A DNA stretch of 64,000 bases from the IMG/VR virus record IMGVR_UViG_3300036819_000331, positions 26,588 through 90,587 of that record; one strand, given 5' to 3'. Shown piece after piece: positions 47,401 to 55,109 of this stretch (position 1 is the first letter of the stretch; every line of letters begins with the position of its first letter). The position numbers were made by a program, and so were the translations under genes. The notes under the pieces are model-generated. The model did not search any database and was not told where the DNA came from. It was given only the letters and a program-made list of their open reading frames with translations. Source of the stretch: a virus.

Positions 47401-48281
47401 CGTACTGGGTGTCGGCCTACAGCCAGCCCACGGCGGGATTGCAGGTTTACAGCGAAGTGCCGGAGAGCCTTATCATCGCTGGCGCGCAGATCGTCAGCAA
47501 CATCATCGAATCATGGGACGAAGCGGCAACGGGATGGACGGGTTCCCTCGGCGGCGCAGCGGCCCTGTCGGCTGGCAATATCGCGCTGGGCGGCGCTGGC
47601 AATATCCTGACCGACCCGGACTTTCTGAATACGCCGAACGTGCTCTATTACGGCGGCGTCGGTTCTTCGGGGACATACACGATCCCGGACGCGCATATCG
47701 TGAATATCGGCCGCGTCGCGCCCTGCAGCATCATTATTACCAGCCTCGCCACCGGCCAGCACATCGCCGACAACATCCTGACCGTTGCCGACTTCCTGAA
47801 CTTCCAGGACGTACTCGACTCGACGGCGCAAGCGCTGGTCGATGTGTACGCCAATATCGCAACCTCTCAGGACGGCTTAACGTGGGGCGCGTGGCAGAAA
47901 TGGACGCCTGGCTCTTATAACGGGATGGCCTTCAAGGCACAGGCCGTGCTTGAGAGCATCGACGCCACCGTCACCGCGATTCTTGAGGATTTTATTTTCG
48001 AGGTCGATGTCCCTCCAAGGGACGACCACTACACGAACCTCAGCGTGCCTTCCGGCGGTTTAAGTCTCGTCTTCACGCCCGATGGCGCTACGTCTCCGGC
48101 GGCCTTCAACGGCGGCCCGGCGAATGGCGACCTTCCCGCGGTACAGGTGACGATCCTGAACGCGCAGGCGGGTGATCAGCTGGTGCTGAGCAGCCTGTCG
48201 CTCTCGGGATGTCAGCTGCAGGTGACGAACGGCGGCTTTGGCGTCAGCCGCAGTGGCAACGTGCTGGCCGAAGGTTTTTAA
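44496..48281 (+). CDS. tail tip / central fibre protein (J-like)
   Basis: G.P....YG..RV..NLIWY.DF start; PNFNFEV; L.PMDIV..D; L.RG.Y.S..H..G..F.R. Confidence 0.85.
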   Translation: MSFLRGLIGGGKSTATQQTAAAGLQVQTSVQGKPLALIYGMTRVAPNLIWYGDFTATQQSSGAGGKGGLTGAGGKSGGSAGYTYTASFQLALGEGVLNSIWDVWADKNQSDLPDLGMSFFRGDYQQAPWSYLLQGQDAQIDSEPYVVPGSPYQVSVSNPLLYDQGVIVTSSSSLTYFPTVFQPDLASNQYSYIVSASSVTYIFNSALDGESVQISYSVNAQPFTISATVASGQVEIDNVFGQGFADAGVTFIVGSPLTKATGSPSAGEYTQVGGTYTFNSAQSGANVIISYVPNNGQSIALGYSGIAYIAAANFSLGNNPSLPNFNFEVSGLFSQTVQQSVQGEQYTLPTANALTITVRFSPEFISDVGVTDQDGNVYTKVSASPGTNQYVVSAGTYSFSSGNAGAVVNISYNASIGPDAPPAKVVADLLSNAHYGIGFPSDRVDALTTYNAYTLATGLVISPCYDTQQQASSMLDDIAKATNSAFVWSSGVLTLVPYGDEAVTANGFTYTPPASPLYSLTDDDFLPNKNLTASASASFNDDPVLMTRLRPADAFNSIKLEWLDRGNAYSPAIIQADNLAAINSFGLRQDSVRSFHMFCNGNAAQISVQLQLQRQSIRNIYQFTLDQRYVLLDPMDIVAITDVNLGLNEQWVRINEITENDDGSLSIVAEEYLQGTGTAPQYSFQQGQGFNANYNADPGAVNVPVMFEPPAELTEDLEVWLGVSGGTFWGGCEIWISTDNDSYQFAGKTTGPTRQGYVDAALPAVTLASSGLTIDQANTLSADISLSGGQLLNASQADAQNLATLCYLGSGNTYELLSYQNAALLTKNFYALSYLIRGAYDSPILAHQAGEQFARIDSSVFKYPYTQDRIGTTLYIKFLSFNIYGGGQELLEDVEPYSFTLQGLALSSPLPNITNLRSSYVANITQLSWDEVSDFRPVLYEIRKGSAWTGGQVLGRVAHPPFNVQGNGTYWVSAYSQPTAGLQVYSEVPESLIIAGAQIVSNIIESWDEAATGWTGSLGGAAALSAGNIALGGAGNILTDPDFLNTPNVLYYGGVGSSGTYTIPDAHIVNIGRVAPCSIIITSLATGQHIADNILTVADFLNFQDVLDSTAQALVDVYANIATSQDGLTWGAWQKWTPGSYNGMAFKAQAVLESIDATVTAILEDFIFEVDVPPRDDHYTNLSVPSGGLSLVFTPDGATSPAAFNGGPANGDLPAVQVTILNAQAGDQLVLSSLSLSGCQLQVTNGGFGVSRSGNVLAEGF

Positions 48282-48299
48282 CCCTCTTAAGGTTTTGAA

Positions 48300-49616
48300 A
48301 TGTCGCAAAACTCTCTGACCCTGCCGACGAGCGGCACGGTATCCGGCCTGCAAATGGCGCAGGCCACAAACAATGCTCTCGACACACTCAATACACTGGC
48401 CTCTGGCGCATCCGCTCCGGGCAGCCCCGAAGCGGGGCAGCTCTGGCACGACACGACCAACAACCTCCTGAAGATCCGTAGCCTCGACAACACCACGTGG
48501 GTTCCATTTCTCCAACTCAACGAAAGCTCCTACGCTGCCGCGCCTTCCAATTCCGCCACCGGCGCCAATGATCGCCTCAACCGTCTGATCAACGGCGCAA
48601 TGATGATCGACCAGGTGAATGAAGGTGCCAGCTATTCGGTCCCGGTCAACAATACCCTCACCTATGCGGTCGACCAGTGGATCGCGGCATGCCTCAGCAC
48701 CGGTAGTGCCAGCGGAGTCACGGCGCAGCGCGTGGCCGACGCACCGGCGGGATTCGTGAATTCCCTGAAGGTCACCGTCGGGACCGGAGCAGGTTCGGTG
48801 GGTGCCGGGGATTTTCTCCTGCTGTCACAGCCGATTGAAGCTAACAACCTGGGCGACATCAACTTTGGCACCGCGAATGCAGTCCCATTGTCCCTTTCGT
48901 TCTGGGTAAAGTCCTCGGTCGCTGGCACCTTCGCCGCCGCCTTGCAGAATGCGGCTGGCAGCCGCGTCCTGGTCCACAAATTCTCCATAGTGAGCACAGG
49001 GACCTGGACGCAGATCACCATTCCGAACATCGTCGGCGATACCGGCGGCACGTGGGTCACGAGCGGCAACGCCGTTTCGATGACGCTTTTCATTACCGTG
49101 GCCACCGGCAGCACGTACCAGCAGGCAACCCTTGACTCATGGGTGGGCGGCACCGCCTTCGGTTCAACATCGCAGACCAATGGCGTGCTCACCACCACCG
49201 GCGCTACCTTCCAGGTCGCAGGCGTGCAGCTCAATAGCGGATCTTTCTGTATGCCGTTCGAGAAGCGCCAGTTCCAACAGGAACTCTCACTCTGCCAGCG
49301 CTATTTCGAGAAAAGCTATGACTTCGGCACGGCAGTCGGTACCGCGAGTTCGCCGAACGGCTGCGAGTATTTCGTGGCCGCTGCGGCAGTTGATGGCGCG
49401 GGCATTCGCTACAAGGTGACAAAGCGCGCCGACCCGAGCCTCACACTTTACTCGCCTAATTCAGGGACCTCCGGTAAAGCCTACGATTCTAACGGGTCTG
49501 CTGATGTGACCGTGGGTGGTGCCAATATCGGGCAGAACGGAGCGATCGGAGCCGGTAGCGGGTTCACCTCCGGCCATCAGATACAGCAACACTGGACAGC
49601 AAGCGCAAGGATGTAA
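48300..49616 (+). CDS. tail fibre / receptor-binding protein
   Basis: N..L.TL..SG..AP..GQLW.DT; NRLING.M.I.Q..D.W; LSFWVK; FE.R...EL.LCQRYFEK. Confidence 0.8.
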   Translation: MSQNSLTLPTSGTVSGLQMAQATNNALDTLNTLASGASAPGSPEAGQLWHDTTNNLLKIRSLDNTTWVPFLQLNESSYAAAPSNSATGANDRLNRLINGAMMIDQVNEGASYSVPVNNTLTYAVDQWIAACLSTGSASGVTAQRVADAPAGFVNSLKVTVGTGAGSVGAGDFLLLSQPIEANNLGDINFGTANAVPLSLSFWVKSSVAGTFAAALQNAAGSRVLVHKFSIVSTGTWTQITIPNIVGDTGGTWVTSGNAVSMTLFITVATGSTYQQATLDSWVGGTAFGSTSQTNGVLTTTGATFQVAGVQLNSGSFCMPFEKRQFQQELSLCQRYFEKSYDFGTAVGTASSPNGCEYFVAAAAVDGAGIRYKVTKRADPSLTLYSPNSGTSGKAYDSNGSADVTVGGANIGQNGAIGAGSGFTSGHQIQQHWTASARM

Positions 49617-49619
49617 GCC

Positions 49620-49766
49620 ATGGGAATTTCAACGGTCCACGATGCCGGGGGCAGCTATACGGTCACTCTTGCCGACGGTACGGTAATGTCCGTCCCAAAG
49701 GATCCGCTGAACGCCGATTACGTGCGGGTGCAGGTGTGGGTGGCGGCGGGCGGAGTTCTCTCTTAA
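49620..49766 (+). CDS. small tail-fibre-associated protein
   Basis: VP.DP.N.DY..V..W.AAGG motif; below the ORF-track cutoff. Confidence 0.6.
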   Translation: MGISTVHDAGGSYTVTLADGTVMSVPKDPLNADYVRVQVWVAAGGVLS

Positions 49767-49808
49767 CAACAAACGGGATTGTTTCACTTCACAGGGGAGC
49801 GGAAAGAG

Positions 49809-50216
49809 ATGGAGGAGATGGCCAATGACGCTGTTGTTGACCGACGGATCTGGAGCAGCACCAAGAAGTTCATCCACATAAGTGCAATCATTGCTCCCTG
49901 CATTGCCGCCTTCCTGGCCGTGCAGTTCACCGGCAACCAGAACTCCAAAGACATAGAGCAGATAAAGACGATACTTGCGACGCTGGTGTCAGCTCCGCTC
50001 TCGGTGCAGCAAAACACCAAGGATATCGAAGATCTCAAGGCCAGCAGGGCCGCCATCTATTCCAAGATGAACGAGACGTTTGACTCGCTCGATCACAAGA
50101 TTTCAGAGGTAGACCTCAAGCTCAACACTATTTCTGTCAACGAGGCGCAGATCGGCCAAAGCGTGCAGGATATCAAGGACGGTCTCCGCGAAGACAGGAA
50201 CAGGCGGGGCCGATGA
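49809..50216 (+). CDS. single-TM coiled-coil protein, holin candidate
   Basis: One TM near the N-terminus; ATGA-coupled to endolysin. Confidence 0.5.
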   Translation: MEEMANDAVVDRRIWSSTKKFIHISAIIAPCIAAFLAVQFTGNQNSKDIEQIKTILATLVSAPLSVQQNTKDIEDLKASRAAIYSKMNETFDSLDHKISEVDLKLNTISVNEAQIGQSVQDIKDGLREDRNRRGR

Positions 50217-50656
50217 GCGCAGCGGACATCGATACGGTCGCCCGGACTCTCTACGGCGAGGCCCGAGGATCAGGTGCGGACGGAATGAGCGCTGTCGCCT
50301 GCGTCATAATGAACCGCTGCCGTGTTGCCCAACAGTACGTCACCGCCCACGGCAAACCCCATCCCGAATTCGGCGATGGCACACCGCAATCATGCTGCTG
50401 GATGGACGAGCAATTCTCGTGCTGGGATGACGATGATCCGAATCTCGATGTCATCGAGAACGTGACCAGCGCAGATCCGGTATTTCAGGAAGCGATGGAG
50501 ATTGCCGGGGCTGCGGTCGCTGGCACGCTGCCCGACACCACGAGCGGTGCGACATTTTATTACGCCAAGAGCATGCCGCAACCGCCTTATTGGGCAAAGG
50601 GAAAGACACCCTGTGCGGACATAGGCGGGCAACGTTTTTTCAACAACATTCAATAG
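50213..50656 (+). CDS. endolysin, SleB/CwlJ-like cell wall hydrolase
   Basis: ARTLYGEARG..AVA.VI.NR..QFSCW..D.T.GAT.YY..P.WA..IG...F. Confidence 0.9.
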   Translation: MSAADIDTVARTLYGEARGSGADGMSAVACVIMNRCRVAQQYVTAHGKPHPEFGDGTPQSCCWMDEQFSCWDDDDPNLDVIENVTSADPVFQEAMEIAGAAVAGTLPDTTSGATFYYAKSMPQPPYWAKGKTPCADIGGQRFFNNIQ

Positions 50657-50665
50657 GGGTGTTTC

Positions 50666-51040
50666 ATGAAGGTAGCCATCAACGCAAGGCTGGTGCTGCT
50701 CGCGCTCGCCGTCTTGATGCTGAGCATTGGCTCGGTCTGGGCGCAGAGCGTCCCGAAGACCAGCACGAACCTGTCCGGCACCATTACGACCACCGGCACA
50801 TTCCAGCAGATCCAGGGGCAGGCGAACGGCCGGCAGGGCTGCACGATAACGGACAACACCGTCAGCGACAATCAATGGGTTTATTTCGGCACATGCGCGA
50901 ACGCCACGCAGGCCACCGCGGTGCCGCTGTATCCGGGCCAGTCGGTAAACTGCAATCTGCCGGGCGGCAATCTCGTGCTCTCCGATCCGGTGTGCATCAC
51001 CGGAACAACCGGCGACACGTTCTTTGCAAACTTTCAGTAG
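50666..51040 (+). CDS. secreted beta-sandwich protein (4 Cys)
   Basis: Signal peptide MKVAINARLVLLALAVLMLSIGSVWA-Q. Confidence 0.75.
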   Translation: MKVAINARLVLLALAVLMLSIGSVWAQSVPKTSTNLSGTITTTGTFQQIQGQANGRQGCTITDNTVSDNQWVYFGTCANATQATAVPLYPGQSVNCNLPGGNLVLSDPVCITGTTGDTFFANFQ

Positions 51041-51049
51041 GGCTGGTCA

Positions 51050-53344
51050 ATGAGGCTTTTTCTCGCCTTAGCGCTGTCGATTCTGCCGGTTTCACCGGCA
51101 TTCGCCCAGACCGTCGGGCCGCCTCCCGGCTCGGTCTTGCCGAGCGGTGCCGCGCCTGGCGCCGGAATTCCGAACTGCACCGGCATGCGCAACATCGCCA
51201 CTTGCGAAAAGTCATACGGGTATGTGTTTCCCATGCTTCACGGCGCGGGGTGCACGGGATATGGCGACGACGAACCGGGATTCTCGGCGGCGGAGAGCGC
51301 CGGATTCGCCATCAACCCTTCGAGCGGACTGCCTATCCGTTACCCGGCAGGGCTCGTCTGCCAGTTTCAGCAGCCGTGGCTATTTGGGCATGACGGGGTG
51401 ACCCTTGAGTTTCCCACGCAGGTAAGCACTTATGACGGCGGAAGCTATGAAAACAACGCGGGATATATTCGCGAAAACACCGGGTACACCACCCACTTCT
51501 ACGCAGCCGGAAACTGCGCGATGGACCTGAACGGCTATCATGACTTTACGATAAAAGACGGGAATATCCTGGGCGATGGCGCGCAGCAGGGCACAGTCCA
51601 GTTCTGCGACTCCACTACCTACGTGGGAGGACGCCTGCCGACCATAACCCTGATCCACACTTCCGTGCAATTGATGGGCAACGCGGCAGGCGGCCCGATC
51701 AATACGCTCGCTTACACCGGTTCGGCAACTGGTACGTGTACAGGTGCGCTTTGTGGCAATTACATCAAGCTCAACGTCTTTGACAGCGATCTTGGTGAGA
51801 ACGGATGGTCGGAGTTAGGGAATATTACGGATGCATTTAATTACAACAGCACGTTTAATGCAGACTCCTGCGGCATCATCAGCGGTTATTCCACCACCAC
51901 TACTGATATCCTCTCGATCGGTAACCGGTTTGAGGCGGCTGGATACGGCCTGGCTAACACCTGCCCGCCAGGCGGACCGGCATGGTTAGTAACCGGCGTT
52001 GGATGGTCGGACGCCGGTAGCCAGTTTGAAGTAAACAACGGCCCAGATATCGAGCTTACGACGGGCTGGGGCAACTTCCATAAGACAGGCGGTCACTTCC
52101 TTGGCGCGGGTGTACTGGGAGGCAGCGGCGACGAGTCCAGCATCCTGCTGAATGCGGCATCGTCCGCGGGCGGGGCGACGATAGACTCCGACTGGCGTCT
52201 CTTGAACGGGACGCCGAAATACGCCATCGAGGGATTGGACGCGCAGATCAGCGACAATATCACGCTGAGGGGCAATCTCGGCTCTAACGGATACGCGACC
52301 GGGCTTTCCAACTTCACCGCCGGCACGCCGCCGCACTTCAGTGTGTTCGCGAACGGCGAAACCCCGACGATCTACAGCAACCCGATAAAGTTCGGTGGAG
52401 TGGCATCGCTTTCGCCGACGACGGCTTTCGACGGATTAGGCACGCTGCCCGTAACCTCGACGTCCGATCCATTCAACATCAGCACCGGCAATACCAATAC
52501 GATGGTGGTTGCGGGATTCCGCATCAATACCGCGACTCCATCAGCGGGCTCCGGCTATTCCGCGATCAATGCGGCAAACTACCTTCTCACGGAGTATAAG
52601 GTCGTTTCCTCGGTGCAGACCAATCTCTCCGTCACGGTAGGCACGGGCGCGGGCACCACGCAAACGGCGATAGGCGATGCAATCGTCGGCTCAAGCTCGC
52701 TTGCACTGGACGGCAGCGCTGCTTCCAATGTCACGAGCGGCACCTCGGCGACGGAATCCCTGACAACGGCGAACGGCAATGATGAAATCGTGGTCTTCGT
52801 CGAGGCAAACGCTACCGGTTCGAGCTGCACGGGTCCCAATCCGACGATTACGTCCATCACCTCGACCCATATCGGGAACTTCACCAGGCGGAAATCCTTC
52901 AAGACATCTGTCACGTGCAGCGAAATCGAGGAATGGGCGGCGATTGCCCCTTCCGTACTGACGTCGGAAATCATCACTATAAACTTCAGTCAGAGTATTT
53001 CCTTCGCCACGATCAGCGTTTTCGGGGTGAGTCATATCATCCCGACGCTGACCCCCAACTTTCTTTCTGGTGGTAACTTCGATCTCGGCCTCGTCCACAC
53101 CGCCTGCCCCTGCGTAGTGGAGAATCCAACGAACCCCACGCTGGCGTCGGGATCGAACGGCGAAATCGAGATTGACCAGAGCGCGACTGGTTCCGACACG
53201 GTGAGCTGGGGCAGCAACTGGAAATTCGCGGGAGGATCGGCACCGTCGCTCAGCACGGGCGCATCGGATAAGGATTACTTCCCCTTCTACGTCAAGGACG
53301 CCACCGACATCATAGTCTCGGCTGGCACGATTAACGCTCACTGA
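51050..53344 (+). CDS. secreted beta-helix/fibre-like protein (14 Cys)
   Basis: Signal peptide ..SPAFA-Q; pectate-lyase-3-like cap; fibre-type C-terminal NP.N..G..G.I..Q..W.F.GG.APSLST domain. Confidence 0.75.
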   Translation: MRLFLALALSILPVSPAFAQTVGPPPGSVLPSGAAPGAGIPNCTGMRNIATCEKSYGYVFPMLHGAGCTGYGDDEPGFSAAESAGFAINPSSGLPIRYPAGLVCQFQQPWLFGHDGVTLEFPTQVSTYDGGSYENNAGYIRENTGYTTHFYAAGNCAMDLNGYHDFTIKDGNILGDGAQQGTVQFCDSTTYVGGRLPTITLIHTSVQLMGNAAGGPINTLAYTGSATGTCTGALCGNYIKLNVFDSDLGENGWSELGNITDAFNYNSTFNADSCGIISGYSTTTTDILSIGNRFEAAGYGLANTCPPGGPAWLVTGVGWSDAGSQFEVNNGPDIELTTGWGNFHKTGGHFLGAGVLGGSGDESSILLNAASSAGGATIDSDWRLLNGTPKYAIEGLDAQISDNITLRGNLGSNGYATGLSNFTAGTPPHFSVFANGETPTIYSNPIKFGGVASLSPTTAFDGLGTLPVTSTSDPFNISTGNTNTMVVAGFRINTATPSAGSGYSAINAANYLLTEYKVVSSVQTNLSVTVGTGAGTTQTAIGDAIVGSSSLALDGSAASNVTSGTSATESLTTANGNDEIVVFVEANATGSSCTGPNPTITSITSTHIGNFTRRKSFKTSVTCSEIEEWAAIAPSVLTSEIITINFSQSISFATISVFGVSHIIPTLTPNFLSGGNFDLGLVHTACPCVVENPTNPTLASGSNGEIEIDQSATGSDTVSWGSNWKFAGGSAPSLSTGASDKDYFPFYVKDATDIIVSAGTINAH

Positions 53345-53357
53345 CAGGACCCTCCTC

Positions 53358-53612
53358 ATGAAACGATTGACCATTCTTTTTGCCCTTTGCGCTCTCCCCG
53401 CATCCGCGCAGGACAACTGCCAGATCATGACCAAGGCTGAATTCCTGCAATTCCAGCAGCAGCAAAAATCACGAATGGAAGAGAGCTGCGGCCTGTTCTT
53501 CTGTAACCCCGCCAGCCCATCCTGCCCGAAGTCGATCTCGGTATGCTGGACCGATACCGACGAGGGGAATGTCATCCGCCGCGACCTCACCTGCAAGGGA
53601 AATCCGCAATGA
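53358..53612 (+). CDS. small secreted Cys-rich protein
   Basis: Signal peptide ..LPASA-Q; 6 Cys in the mature part. Confidence 0.65.
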   Translation: MKRLTILFALCALPASAQDNCQIMTKAEFLQFQQQQKSRMEESCGLFFCNPASPSCPKSISVCWTDTDEGNVIRRDLTCKGNPQ

Positions 53613-53806
53613 AAAACAAGATTCTGCTGCTGCCCCTTCTGCTGGCTGGATGCTCGCAGCCTCAGCACTTCGCCAAGACCGTTACTGCTTTCCCCGCGCC
53701 TCCGGCCTACGTGCAGGAAGGAACCGGAGAAGTCAAATATCTTAAGGACGGCGATATCATCCACGAGGCCAACGGACTTTGCGGCTACGTCCAGGCCAAG
53801 CAATAG
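53609..53806 (+). CDS. small lipoprotein
   Basis: MKNKILLLPLLLAG-C lipobox; ATGA coupling. Confidence 0.7.
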   Translation: MKNKILLLPLLLAGCSQPQHFAKTVTAFPAPPAYVQEGTGEVKYLKDGDIIHEANGLCGYVQAKQ

Positions 53807-53818
53807 GGCTGCAGGCGC

Positions 53819-54607
53819 ATGAGAATCTTCTATTCTGCCGTAGTTGCCGCCATGCTCGCGCTTGCGGGCAACGCAATGGCGCAGAATGTAGGCGCTGTGC
53901 CCGTCACGAAGCAGATCTCGCAATCCGGCATTCCCATCATCCTGCCGTCTTCTGGCAGCATAGGAAACAACGGCGCGCTCACGGGTCTCACTGCCCTGCC
54001 GCAGACGTTCGCCAACTGCTATATGTACTTCCCGGCAAACGCCATCGCGTCAGGTTCGACTGCGGGTGTCTATTTTGTCCAGATGGGCAGCTCGAGTGCC
54101 GGGACGATTTATAACAATCCGCTGTCCAGCGGAAAGCCCACCATACCCGCCTCACCGACCCCCTTCGTCACCACCGGGCCAGGCGCTTACACGCAGACGA
54201 CGAGCTCGCCCATATCCTTATTGACTATCCCTATCGCTGCAGGTGCACTTGGCAATAGCGGCAATATTTATCTGGAAGCTTCCGCCAACGTTAACAACAA
54301 CTCCGATTCCAAGTTTCTCCTCGGTACTTTCGGCGGAACAACGTTCTTCCAGTATCAGTTGACCTCGCAGATCTGGGGTGGCCTTCTGAGGCGAATCCAG
54401 AATACTGGATCACAATCGACGCAAGTGACGATGAGCGCTGGAAATACGCAATCCGGTACGGACTTCTCGTTGAACGGGAGCGCCAGCAACTACATGACGG
54501 TCAACACGGCCAACGCACAGAATCTGGTTCTCCAGCTGCAGATAAACACCGCGACCGACTTCGCGATCCCCAGTTCGTACTTCGTGCAGATCAGGCCGAG
54601 CAATTAG
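53819..54607 (+). CDS. secreted beta-rich protein
   Basis: Signal peptide ..GNAMA-Q. Confidence 0.7.
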   Translation: MRIFYSAVVAAMLALAGNAMAQNVGAVPVTKQISQSGIPIILPSSGSIGNNGALTGLTALPQTFANCYMYFPANAIASGSTAGVYFVQMGSSSAGTIYNNPLSSGKPTIPASPTPFVTTGPGAYTQTTSSPISLLTIPIAAGALGNSGNIYLEASANVNNNSDSKFLLGTFGGTTFFQYQLTSQIWGGLLRRIQNTGSQSTQVTMSAGNTQSGTDFSLNGSASNYMTVNTANAQNLVLQLQINTATDFAIPSSYFVQIRPSN

Positions 54608-54666
54608 CCATTCGTGCCCAAAGCCGCCATCCCGAACCCATCCCAAACAATTGATCGAGGACGACC

Positions 54667-55101
54667 ATGTATGTCTTGACCGCGCCTCCAAACATCAGTC
54701 AGTTCCAGGCGAGCAGCGGAGCTCAATATACGGTTTCCAGTGGCACCATCACTGTGCCCTTGACCGATTTGCGCGATGCCCTCATTTCAGGTTTCGCCCT
54801 GAGCAGCGCGGGCTCATCGTCTCAGACAATTTCGGGAGCCGCAGGGACGCTGGCTCTCTCAACGATCCATACCTATCTTTTCGTAAATACTCTTTCGGGC
54901 GCTGCGAGTTTTGCGCTTCCGGCGGCGGGCATACTAGGCCGGTCAGTCACGATGATCGATTTCAATGGGAACGCGCCAGCCAACAACATCACAACGGCGA
55001 TCGCGGGCGGGGGAACCATTAACGGCAGCCCAAGCCTGGTGACGGACACAACTTATGCGATCGTGACCTTCATCGATAACGGAACCAACTGGAACATATA
55101 G
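54667..55101 (+). CDS. fibre-repeat protein without signal peptide
   Basis: LPA...G..V...D..G.A..NNIT....G.TING...L...Y..VT....GT.W repeat. Confidence 0.7.
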   Translation: MYVLTAPPNISQFQASSGAQYTVSSGTITVPLTDLRDALISGFALSSAGSSSQTISGAAGTLALSTIHTYLFVNTLSGAASFALPAAGILGRSVTMIDFNGNAPANNITTAIAGGGTINGSPSLVTDTTYAIVTFIDNGTNWNI

Positions 55102-55109
55102 GTAGGACA

